The notes below the pieces were generated by a model. The model searched no databases. It was not told where the DNA came from and worked only from the letters and a program-made list of their open reading frames with translations. Positions 8,922 through 16,139 of a stretch of 32,000 nt of DNA are shown in pieces; the stretch's first letter is position 1, and each line of letters begins with the position of its first letter. The stretch lies in sequence record NC_016571.1; one strand, given 5' to 3'. The DNA is from Pseudomonas phage OBP. The translations under genes and the position numbers were made by a program.

Positions 8922-9206
8922 ATGTCTAACTTCATCAAAAACGTAATTGCTAATATCTTCTTTATCTTAGGCTTGATCATCGCCGGCATCCTGGGTTTAT
9001 TTCTGGCTGCTTTTAAAGTGATCGTTATCGCGGCCAACTGTTACTGGAAAACAGTCTACACCATCAGCTCTTTCATGCTTGAGCATTTTGGCGCTATCTT
9101 CTCAGTGATCATCATTGGTGTATTTGGTTACGCTATTCTCTCACCACGTGACCCTAACTTCATTTCTCAAGATGACCCGCGTCATCCTTGCAACAACGAA
9201 CTTTAA
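8922..9206 (+). CDS. Small membrane protein (94 aa), paralog of the next gene
   Basis: The ORF-track start at 8880 is a GTG inside the promoter motif. The first ATG at 8922 has AAGGA upstream. Three hydrophobic segments are present. The N-terminus MSNFIKNV resembles MTNFILNV of 9234..9491. Confidence 0.75.
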   Translation: MSNFIKNVIANIFFILGLIIAGILGLFLAAFKVIVIAANCYWKTVYTISSFMLEHFGAIFSVIIIGVFGYAILSPRDPNFISQDDPRHPCNNEL

Positions 9207-9233
9207 TTAACCTATTTATAAGGAATCAAAATC

Positions 9234-9491
9234 ATGACTAACTTTATTCTGAACGTACTGTGGATCATCTTCCTGGCAGTTATCTCCATTGTCAACCTGT
9301 TCCATAAAGCTGTAGTTGCAGTGGGTGTTGCAATCGTAAATACTTTCTTCTGGATCGGTGATCACTTCATCGAACTCTTCGCAGGGTTCCTGGTTGTGAG
9401 TGTAGGTTACCTGGTATTGAATCCACCTGTTGTTATTGAAGAGGAAGAAGTTGAAGAACCAGTTGACCTGGTTTTAGTCATCAATTTTTAA
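9234..9491 (+). CDS. Small membrane protein (85 aa) with an acidic tail
   Basis: RBS AAGGAA. Hydrophobic core followed by the tail VVIEEEEVEEPVD. Shares N-terminal and G(Y)..L.P features with 8922..9206. Confidence 0.75.
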   Translation: MTNFILNVLWIIFLAVISIVNLFHKAVVAVGVAIVNTFFWIGDHFIELFAGFLVVSVGYLVLNPPVVIEEEEVEEPVDLVLVINF

Positions 9492-9526
9492 GAAACTATC
9501 AAAACCACTAAAGAAGGGAAATTGTA

Positions 9527-9826
9527 ATGAAGAAGTTGATCTTAGCTGTGTGCGTTCTGGCTACTGTAAGCGCTCAGGCTGCTGTTGATCCTCAGCCGAC
9601 CCAGATGTGTCGGGTGGAAGTCTGTAACAAGCTGGAGCGCGTTACGTTAAGCGTCAGCAAGTGGATCTCTGACAGCATGGGTGAAACGTGTTTCGATATT
9701 ACCATGCCGAAGTCTGAAGCCATTCCGGGTTCAGTACTCAGTTCAGAATCTCGTTGGTATCAGGGTAGTTTTAACCCTACTAAGAAATCAGTTACCCGAG
9801 TCAGCCGTGTACTCGAGTGTCAATAA
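9527..9826 (+). CDS. Secreted or periplasmic small protein (99 aa)
   Basis: RBS AAGAAGGGA. Classic Sec signal peptide MKKLILAVCVLATVSAQA/AV. Four Cys in the mature part. Confidence 0.8.
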   Translation: MKKLILAVCVLATVSAQAAVDPQPTQMCRVEVCNKLERVTLSVSKWISDSMGETCFDITMPKSEAIPGSVLSSESRWYQGSFNPTKKSVTRVSRVLECQ

Positions 9827-9833
9827 TTTAATC

Positions 9834-9861
9834 GCCCTCTGAAAGGAGGGCTTTCTTATTT
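9834..9861 (+). terminator. Intrinsic terminator or attenuator
   Basis: GCCCTC-tgaaag-GAGGGC (9834-9851) followed by TTTCTTATTT. Confidence 0.6.
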
Positions 9862-9876
9862 GAAAAGGATATTAAA

Positions 9877-10344
9877 ATGAAATACGCATTAATCGCTCTG
9901 GCATTATCTACCGCTGTTCTGTCTTTCGGATCTCAGGCTAGTACCGATCCGCTGGATATCGTTGGCGATCGTTGTGCTCCAGGTGATGTGATCTTCTATG
10001 GCCAGAATGTGAAGCACACCAAAGAAGTTCTGATTTGCCAGTTGGGTACGAATATCTTCTACTCATTTGGTCGTATTGGTCAAGAACCAGAGATGGTTGT
10101 TAAGTCTGATAACTCAGAATCTAAAGTAGAGATCTCTGATGGAAATGTTTGGTCAACCGATTACATCTATGTTCCTAACGTGGATGTAACTTATCGTGTT
10201 GGCCATACTGGCGACTTCATTCAAAACACCGAGGAAGAAGCCATCTACGTTTATAGCGAAGTTCGTGAAGAACCGATTGCTGTGATTAAACTAGACCCTG
10301 CAACTGTGGTCAACGGAATTCGTTCCAACTTTGTCCCAAACTAA
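9877..10344 (+). CDS. Secreted or periplasmic protein (155 aa)
   Basis: RBS AAAAGGA. Signal peptide MKYALIALALSTAVLSFGSQA/ST. The mature part is beta-rich and acidic with 2 Cys. Confidence 0.8.
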   Translation: MKYALIALALSTAVLSFGSQASTDPLDIVGDRCAPGDVIFYGQNVKHTKEVLICQLGTNIFYSFGRIGQEPEMVVKSDNSESKVEISDGNVWSTDYIYVPNVDVTYRVGHTGDFIQNTEEEAIYVYSEVREEPIAVIKLDPATVVNGIRSNFVPN

Positions 10345-10462
10345 ACATCTAACCTAATAGAGGTGGCAAAAATAAATCGACTTACCAGTCGTTGAGAATA
10401 CTTTTCATTATTCTTACAAAACTGTTTATCAATTTCAAACTTTAGTATAGAAGGAAAGAATC

Positions 10463-10852
10463 ATGAAAACTATTATCGATATCATCCGTGCTTTGTTCCA
10501 CAAACTGTGGGTATCTCCTAAACACGCTTTGGTTGTTGGTTTTATTCTTGCATTGACCAACAGCTTATTCCTGTTCTCTGCTTGGATCGTTATTTATGCA
10601 TCTATGTATTATGGTCACAAGGTTGCTCTGGCTGCTTCGGATTATAATGATTACTCTCGGTATACGCCGTATGCTGAAGCCGACTTGCGTTTCAAAGATG
10701 CAATCACCCCGTCCTTCTTTAAAGCTCTGGCGATTTACGCAGCAGTCTTTACTGGTAACTTTTGGCTTATTCCTGTCTGTTACTTAATTACAGATAACAG
10801 CACTTGCTATGCTTACATCAACAGAGGTTTCCGTTATGTTATCGTTCTTTGA
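10463..10852 (+). CDS. Membrane protein (129 aa)
   Basis: RBS GAAGGAAAG. At least 3 hydrophobic helices, e.g. ALVVGFILALTNSLFLFSAWIVIYA. Confidence 0.75.
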   Translation: MKTIIDIIRALFHKLWVSPKHALVVGFILALTNSLFLFSAWIVIYASMYYGHKVALAASDYNDYSRYTPYAEADLRFKDAITPSFFKALAIYAAVFTGNFWLIPVCYLITDNSTCYAYINRGFRYVIVL

Positions 10853-11168
10853 TCGCACAGCTCCTTTGTATGGGCTGCCGATCTACTGGTTCGCAGCTCA
10901 GTTCAATCCGGTATTAGCAGCGGCATTGTTCAACGTGTACTTAGTGATTGTTCTGATCACCCTGCTCAAAAAGATCATGAAGGCTAATAAAGGTAAACCT
11001 CAGGAAGTGGCTAAGGTCAATACCGCTTCCTGGGTTTCTTCTATCGCTGTCATGTTAATTACCATTTGGGGTGTTGTTACGACATCCTCACTGTTCATTA
11101 TTGCTGTGGGTGTAATTGTAGTGATGAGCATCGAAACTATCCGTAAACGAAAATTAGACAAGGAATAA
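10836..11168 (+). CDS. Membrane protein (110 aa)
   Basis: The ATG at 10836 (MLSFFDRTAPLYG...) has AGAGG upstream and overlaps the end of the previous gene by 17 nt. The ORF-track start at 10809 is a longer alternative. Three hydrophobic helices and a basic tail RKRKLDKE. Confidence 0.7.
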   Translation: MLSFFDRTAPLYGLPIYWFAAQFNPVLAAALFNVYLVIVLITLLKKIMKANKGKPQEVAKVNTASWVSSIAVMLITIWGVVTTSSLFIIAVGVIVVMSIETIRKRKLDKE

Positions 11169-11171
11169 CAA

Positions 11172-11573
11172 ATGAACGTCACCTTATACCTGGATACTCC
11201 AGAACATCACCCAACTTCTAAAATGCCACGAGCTATTCGTGAGCTTTGGTATTCCAATCGTCGGGAGGGTCTGCTTTCTTTGGTGGAAGGGTATGGTTGC
11301 CCCCACAGTGGTTGTGAACATCGTTTCCACTTCACTGCACCACGGGCTGATGTAGTGGCATGGTTGGACTTGTTTGTAGAAGAGTTCCCTGACTGTTCTC
11401 CAGAAGTGGCTATTCTGAAATCAAAGATTCGTATTGGTTTCGTACAAGGAATCGGCGTGGACTCCCGTGGGAATATGCGCCTCGTATTAAAAACTATTCA
11501 GCGCCAAGTGGGATATAACGGTGAACTACTATCACGCCCATGGTTTTGGACACCTGAGTGGGAAGAAAAATAA
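11172..11573 (+). CDS. Hypothetical protein (133 aa) with a possible metal-binding motif
   Basis: RBS AAGGAA. The only recognisable feature is CPHSGCEH (C-x-H-x2-C-x-H). Confidence 0.7.
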   Translation: MNVTLYLDTPEHHPTSKMPRAIRELWYSNRREGLLSLVEGYGCPHSGCEHRFHFTAPRADVVAWLDLFVEEFPDCSPEVAILKSKIRIGFVQGIGVDSRGNMRLVLKTIQRQVGYNGELLSRPWFWTPEWEEK

Positions 11574-11616
11574 ACCCATCCATATTTCTTACTAACAAAC
11601 TCTTTGAGGTTAACAA

Positions 11617-11949
11617 ATGAAATACATTAGTTCTTTTATTCACGTCCCTACTACTGACGGTCAGTTGGCTCTCGATGTAACAGCTATCACTTCCATCTCT
11701 GGTCATGCTGGTGAATACAAGTGTTGCGTGATGACTACTGGCCCTTCACCGGTCGTTGTTGATATGAACCGTGATAAACTCATTGACATGGTGGAGCAAC
11801 TTCGTCGCCAGATCTGGGAAAATCAGCAGAAGGGTAATGCGGTTGCGATCAATCTCTTAACAGAGATTGCTAAGAACACGACACCAGAACCATCAATCAC
11901 CCAGCAGTTAACTAAAACAGTTCACTTTGGGAATAACCATACAGGATAA
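11617..11949 (+). CDS. Hypothetical small protein, SGHA-motif family
   Basis: RBS GAGG. ITSISGHAGEYKCCVMT aligns with IAWMSGHARRPGCYVTM of 12374..12592. Confidence 0.7.
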   Translation: MKYISSFIHVPTTDGQLALDVTAITSISGHAGEYKCCVMTTGPSPVVVDMNRDKLIDMVEQLRRQIWENQQKGNAVAINLLTEIAKNTTPEPSITQQLTKTVHFGNNHTG

Positions 11950-11953
11950 AAAA

Positions 11954-12364
11954 GTGAAAAGAGAAATCGAAGTAAATCTGATAGATATGCTCGGTGATAA
12001 CTCTTCTGGTACCACCCCAGAACTTATTAATATTGAAAATATTGCTACAGTGGGTAGCAATAATAATTTCAATACAGGGACCATTCGTCTGGATGATGGT
12101 AAGGTTTACTATACCAAGGAAAGTTATAGTCAGCTCCGTGACAAGATTGAAGAAGCTAAAATTCTTCGTGAATGTTACACTGTGAAAATGAAGTCCGAGG
12201 GAAAGCGACCTAGTAATACCCACTACATCCCCCTCGAGTCAGTCGACCTCATTGAGGTTAACTCTGAAACTAACCATGTAACATTATGGTGTAAAGGGAC
12301 CCGCTTCAATACTGGCATGACTGGCATTGAACTTCGTAAAACTATCATCAAACTTCCAATGTAA
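11954..12364 (+). CDS. Hypothetical protein, apparently two tandem copies of the same small domain
   Basis: I prefer the GTG at 11954, just after the previous stop with ACAGGA upstream; the ATG at 11987 is the alternative. The ORF-track TTG at 11927 would overlap the previous gene. Repeat units are INIENIATVG...TIRLDDGKVYYTKESYSQLRDKI and VDLIEVNSETNHVTLWCKGTRFNTGMTGIELRKTI. Confidence 0.65.
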   Translation: MKREIEVNLIDMLGDNSSGTTPELINIENIATVGSNNNFNTGTIRLDDGKVYYTKESYSQLRDKIEEAKILRECYTVKMKSEGKRPSNTHYIPLESVDLIEVNSETNHVTLWCKGTRFNTGMTGIELRKTIIKLPM

Positions 12365-12373
12365 GGGATAGTA

Positions 12374-12592
12374 ATGGAAATCACAATTGATTTAGATGTT
12401 GATCGACACGGCGTATCATCCAAGATCGTTAAGGTTGAAGATATTGCTTGGATGTCCGGGCACGCTAGGCGACCAGGTTGCTACGTGACTATGAAGGATG
12501 GTTCTCGTTATAAATCCACTAACGATTCCATTGCCCTCCGTCAGCGTCTCGACCAAGCTAAAGCTAACGATACTAAGCCGCAGAGAGGTTAA
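12374..12592 (+). CDS. Hypothetical small protein (72 aa), SGHA-motif family
   Basis: RBS AAGGGA. Contains KIVKVEDIAWMSGHARRPGCYVTMKDGSRYKSTNDSIALRQRLDQA. Confidence 0.7.
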   Translation: MEITIDLDVDRHGVSSKIVKVEDIAWMSGHARRPGCYVTMKDGSRYKSTNDSIALRQRLDQAKANDTKPQRG

Positions 12593-12593
12593 T

Positions 12594-12761
12594 GTGAAGG
12601 GTGTATCTCGCCGGTCGTTGTTACTGTTTGCGGTGGGAAGATCCATTACACCAAAAGCAGTCGTTGTGGGCACAGTAACAGAAGTAATTTGTAAAGCCGT
12701 AATTGGGCCAGAGCTAACTTTGCTCACTAACTTTAGAAAGAGGTTGCAACATGTTAAGTAA
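12594..12761 (+). CDS. Tentative small ORF (55 aa, GTG start)
   Basis: It fills an otherwise non-coding 158-nt gap. GAGAGG lies 5 nt upstream of the GTG at 12594, and the stop overlaps the next gene's start region. It reads VKGVSRRSLLLFAVGRS..., a weak twin-arginine-like N-terminus. Confidence 0.35.
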   Translation: MKGVSRRSLLLFAVGRSITPKAVVVGTVTEVICKAVIGPELTLLTNFRKRLQHVK

Positions 12762-13206
12762 ATTTAAGTACAATCGCATTACGGGGATGTGGTCTCGTAT
12801 CTTACTGCTTTCTGACGGTAAAAATAATCCTTACCAAAATGAGGTGATGTTAACTCCTGTTGAGTTGGCTGGCTATCCTCGTACCTGGGATGAAGTAGCG
12901 GAACTGAATGTGGTTAAGTATTTCCATCAGCAGCTTCCTAACGACGTTAGTTACTACTCCGAACTCCCTTCTGATATTGAACACGAGATGCTGGAGAATC
13001 TTCCTTACCGTGTTTGGGATGTCTTAGTACAAAAAGATATTCCACTTATTCACGTAACTCTCCCATCTGGGTTTATCGTGAAAGGGAAGGTCTGCGTATC
13101 GGGTTTCAAGGAACTTATGGAACCTCAGCACACTCTCGGTAGCGAAGCACTGGGTAACCAGTTGAAGTCGTCTCTCTTTGGTAAGGAAAGTAACGATGCT
13201 CAGTAA
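12751..13206 (+). CDS. Hypothetical protein (151 aa), tandem paralog of the next gene
   Basis: RBS AAGAGG. MLSKFKYNRITGMWSRILLLSDG...VMLTPVE...WDEVAELNV parallels MLSKNKDWFRFNRYFRCWERVLLRGGG...VDLTPVN...WDKVREVTI. Confidence 0.75.
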   Translation: MLSKFKYNRITGMWSRILLLSDGKNNPYQNEVMLTPVELAGYPRTWDEVAELNVVKYFHQQLPNDVSYYSELPSDIEHEMLENLPYRVWDVLVQKDIPLIHVTLPSGFIVKGKVCVSGFKELMEPQHTLGSEALGNQLKSSLFGKESNDAQ

Positions 13207-13996
13207 GAATAAAGATTGGTTCCGTTTTAATCGCTACTTCCGCTGTTGGGAGCGCGTGTTATTACGGGGTGGTGGTGACTATACTCATCAGGTCTCGGTT
13301 GACTTAACTCCGGTAAACGATACCCCTAATGAGTGGGATAAGGTACGCGAAGTAACCATCTCTCGCCGAGATATTCGTTTCGCAGCAAAACCTTTACTGG
13401 CACGTGACATCGTCTGGACGCATCATCTTCCAGATGAAGTGTATGACCAGATGGTTAAGAATCTCGGTAAAGATAAGGCTGATTTCTTAGTCCATGCTGA
13501 TATCTACAAATTGGTGGATTGGAATGAATACTCTAAGTACTCATTCGGCGCGTCTTGTGCGTTACGCTTAGTTCGCCGTGATCTGACGGTTAACTTCCGT
13601 TCCATCCATACAGATGAGTATGGCACTCGTGAAATCTATCTGAAACCATCCCAGTTCCAGCTACACACGGATATCTCTATATCTCCTAACTGTGACATGG
13701 TTGGTGGAGTTGCCTTCACTAAAAGCTCCGAGGGCACTGGTAACTCGATGAACACGATTGTGATCTATTACGATCATATCAATCAGCTGACTGCCATAGA
13801 GATCAAAGCCTGTATCCCAGAGAAGGAAGAACTGAATACTCGCATTATTGGTCGCCATGGCGAACGTTGGGATGACCGTATTACTAACTATATGGATGAG
13901 TTAGTTTCGCTCGGTTATTTCAATGTTGGGAATATTGGCGTAGTGCGTGAAATATCCGCTAACGCCTGGACTCTAATTCAATCGGGGAATATCTAA
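13196..13996 (+). CDS. Hypothetical protein (266 aa), tandem paralog of the previous gene with an extra C-terminal region
   Basis: The ATG at 13196 has GGAAAG upstream. The ORF-track start at 13178 is TTG. N-terminal similarity to 12751..13206. Confidence 0.75.
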   Translation: MLSKNKDWFRFNRYFRCWERVLLRGGGDYTHQVSVDLTPVNDTPNEWDKVREVTISRRDIRFAAKPLLARDIVWTHHLPDEVYDQMVKNLGKDKADFLVHADIYKLVDWNEYSKYSFGASCALRLVRRDLTVNFRSIHTDEYGTREIYLKPSQFQLHTDISISPNCDMVGGVAFTKSSEGTGNSMNTIVIYYDHINQLTAIEIKACIPEKEELNTRIIGRHGERWDDRITNYMDELVSLGYFNVGNIGVVREISANAWTLIQSGNI

Positions 13997-14448
13997 TGGA
14001 TGAGCTTTATCATTTTGATTATGGCGTACTTATCACTTATGGTGAAGGGCCGTCGTGTAATGTAGCCGTGTTCCGTGATTACTGCTCTGATCCGGAAATG
14101 CTTACTTTTATCGGCGATCGTAAATTGAACTTCAACAATGTTCCATCCATTCCTGTTCCTAACTCATTTAAAGAGATTAGCGAAGTGATCGATGGAGTAG
14201 AACGCACAACCAGTTTCTCACCAAGTCACGTTGCCCAAATACTGGATAAGCTGAACTGGGCTGGGTTCTGTTATCTCGAAAAGAATGATCAACGTAGAAC
14301 AGCATTGGGAATTCTCCCTACGGTAATCTTTGTAGATACCGATCATTATATCGATTCAACCCACTGGGAAGAAATCTCGACTCAACGCGCTATTGAGTTA
14401 ATTAACCAACACACAACTCCTAAGAAGGAAGAGGAAAATGCAGCTTAA
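13996..14448 (+). CDS. Hypothetical protein (150 aa)
   Basis: Start overlaps the previous stop (TAATG). No motif recognised. Confidence 0.7.
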   Translation: MDELYHFDYGVLITYGEGPSCNVAVFRDYCSDPEMLTFIGDRKLNFNNVPSIPVPNSFKEISEVIDGVERTTSFSPSHVAQILDKLNWAGFCYLEKNDQRRTALGILPTVIFVDTDHYIDSTHWEEISTQRAIELINQHTTPKKEEENAA

Positions 14449-14896
14449 GTTTTTGTTTGGTACTGTTCGTGCTATTCCTGAAGGATCAGAAGACATCATT
14501 GAAAATGTGAAGTTGAAAGACTTCCTGGCGTTGACCCGCAAGACAGATGTGTTCCAGCATTCTGATATGCGTTCGATGGTGGTAATGGGTCTTTCCACTG
14601 GCGGGTTCGTTAAGAAACTCCATAACCCAGAAAGGATGGACTTCTACGGTGAATCAATTTCTTGTCGTGTCAGAACTGATGAAAGCATGGATCCTATCTA
14701 TGCTGAGTTAATCAAGACCGGGACCTGGTGGAAACATGAATTCCAACAGCACAAGAAAACGTTTACTATCTTCGGGGTAACCGAAGCTGGGTTTAAACCT
14801 TCTTCCGGGGTAAGTGAGTTGAATTGGGTTGAGACAACTCATGCCGACATGCTAGATATTGTAAGGGCTGAAGACGAAGCGTCAAACGGCTGGTAA
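14438..14896 (+). CDS. Hypothetical protein (152 aa)
   Basis: RBS GGAAGAGGAA. Overlaps the previous gene by 11 nt. No motif recognised. Confidence 0.7.
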   Translation: MQLKFLFGTVRAIPEGSEDIIENVKLKDFLALTRKTDVFQHSDMRSMVVMGLSTGGFVKKLHNPERMDFYGESISCRVRTDESMDPIYAELIKTGTWWKHEFQQHKKTFTIFGVTEAGFKPSSGVSELNWVETTHADMLDIVRAEDEASNGW

Positions 14897-14905
14897 ACAA
14901 ACATA

Positions 14906-14937
14906 AACTCTACTCACCCATTTGGGTGAGTAGAGTT
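14906..14937. terminator. Bidirectional terminator between convergent genes
   Basis: 14-bp stem AACTCTACTCACCC / GGGTGAGTAGAGTT around loop ATTT. T-rich sequence lies on both sides: TTTATGTTTGT on the minus strand and GTTTTATTTTGG a little downstream on the plus strand. Confidence 0.75.
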
Positions 14938-14963
14938 GTTAACATATATGTTTTATTTTGGTT

Positions 14964-15566
14964 TTACGGTACTGCTTGAACGTCTTCGATAACATACAGA
15001 TGTCCGGCCAAGGCATCTATATTGAGCGCAGTAATACCGAATACACCAGAGTTCCAACTTACCATATCAATTGGCTGGTAATCCGTTTCAATGGTATCCC
15101 AATAGATATCACCCATCAGCTTCATTGCGTTATCAGGGTTGACATCATCGCGCTCCATCACTAGTCCGTATTTGGACGTTTCAGTAATGAAGACCACTCC
15201 AGCTTGCTGGTTACCATTTTTAATCGCACCAACTAAATCCATAGTAGTTGCATGAGTACGAATAGTGACTGCGAACTCTTCAAAGATGAGAGATACGTCT
15301 ACCTTCTCAACTTCAAAGTCGCCGCGCAGGAAACCAGTCTTACGGGATACGAAACAGGCAAGCTCGTTGCCATTACTAAACGAAACCGGAGGCTCAATGA
15401 TAACGTCTTCGGCTGTCAAGCCGGTATAACGTTTCTTCGCCAGTTCGAGTTCGCTACTAGGTCCTTGTGCTTCCAGTTTTCTTATGCGTTCTTCCATCCA
15501 TTTACGAGCGGATAAGAATACAGGATCTTTGACCTTTTTATTGTTCACGCCTGTGACAACAATCAT
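14964..15566 (-). CDS. Hypothetical 200-aa protein; short stand-alone copy of the N-terminal domain of paralog family A/C (member B)
   Basis: KDPVFLSARKWMEERIRKLEAQGPSSELELAKKRYTGLTAEDVIIEPPVSFSNGNELACFVSRKTGFLRGDFEVEKV aligns with the 1..1064 product. The 5' leader CACCTATAGGTAATGAC also resembles ACTTATATAGGAATCGAC upstream of 1064. Confidence 0.85.
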   Translation of the reverse strand: MIVVTGVNNKKVKDPVFLSARKWMEERIRKLEAQGPSSELELAKKRYTGLTAEDVIIEPPVSFSNGNELACFVSRKTGFLRGDFEVEKVDVSLIFEEFAVTIRTHATTMDLVGAIKNGNQQAGVVFITETSKYGLVMERDDVNPDNAMKLMGDIYWDTIETDYQPIDMVSWNSGVFGITALNIDALAGHLYVIEDVQAVP

Positions 15567-15647
15567 GAGTCATTACCTATAGGTGAAAATTAAAACGATT
15601 GGATATCCAAACGATTCAACCGTTATTTAATTTGTAATAAATTACAA

Positions 15648-15670
15648 GCAGATATTATCCTTATGTAGAC
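15648..15670 (+). promoter_or_regulatory. Promoter-like motif copy 2
   Basis: gcaGATATTATccttaTGTAGAC. GATATTAT is at 15651-15658. TTTGTA (15631-15636) lies 16 nt upstream of TATTAT. The motif is 32 nt upstream of the ATG at 15702. Confidence 0.55.
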
Positions 15671-15701
15671 AATATTAATGAAGTTAATAGAGGATTAAAA
15701 T

Positions 15702-16139
15702 ATGGCTGTTCTGATTGATGGGATTACTTTGGATGTTGATCAACTTAGACGCATACAGATGTTGTACGGTTCAATCGAAAAGATGAAGACCTATCCTTTC
15801 TGGATTGAGTGCCAACAGAAACATAAGTATTTAACTGACTTGATTGAGAACATCAAGATAGGTCGCCAAATGGAAAAAGATAATACTCCTCGTTGGAATA
15901 TTTTATCGCGTTGGATAGTGAGTCCATTAGGTACCTGGGGGATGAATAAATTTATCATCCCTCGTATTGAGAAACTCAAAGAAAAATATCAAACCCTACT
16001 CACCCTTCCAGCTGGGTTTGCTGTCTCCGCCGCCAATGAAGAGTTCGATAAGTTCATTGAAGAACTCGGTAATTTCATTGCTGTCACTAACAAAATAACT
16101 GGAATTAAGGACGACCCTTATGTCAAACCAAAAGCTTGA
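15702..16139 (+). CDS. Hypothetical protein (145 aa)
   Basis: RBS AGAGGA. First gene after promoter motif 2. No motif recognised. Confidence 0.75.
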   Translation: MAVLIDGITLDVDQLRRIQMLYGSIEKMKTYPFWIECQQKHKYLTDLIENIKIGRQMEKDNTPRWNILSRWIVSPLGTWGMNKFIIPRIEKLKEKYQTLLTLPAGFAVSAANEEFDKFIEELGNFIAVTNKITGIKDDPYVKPKA

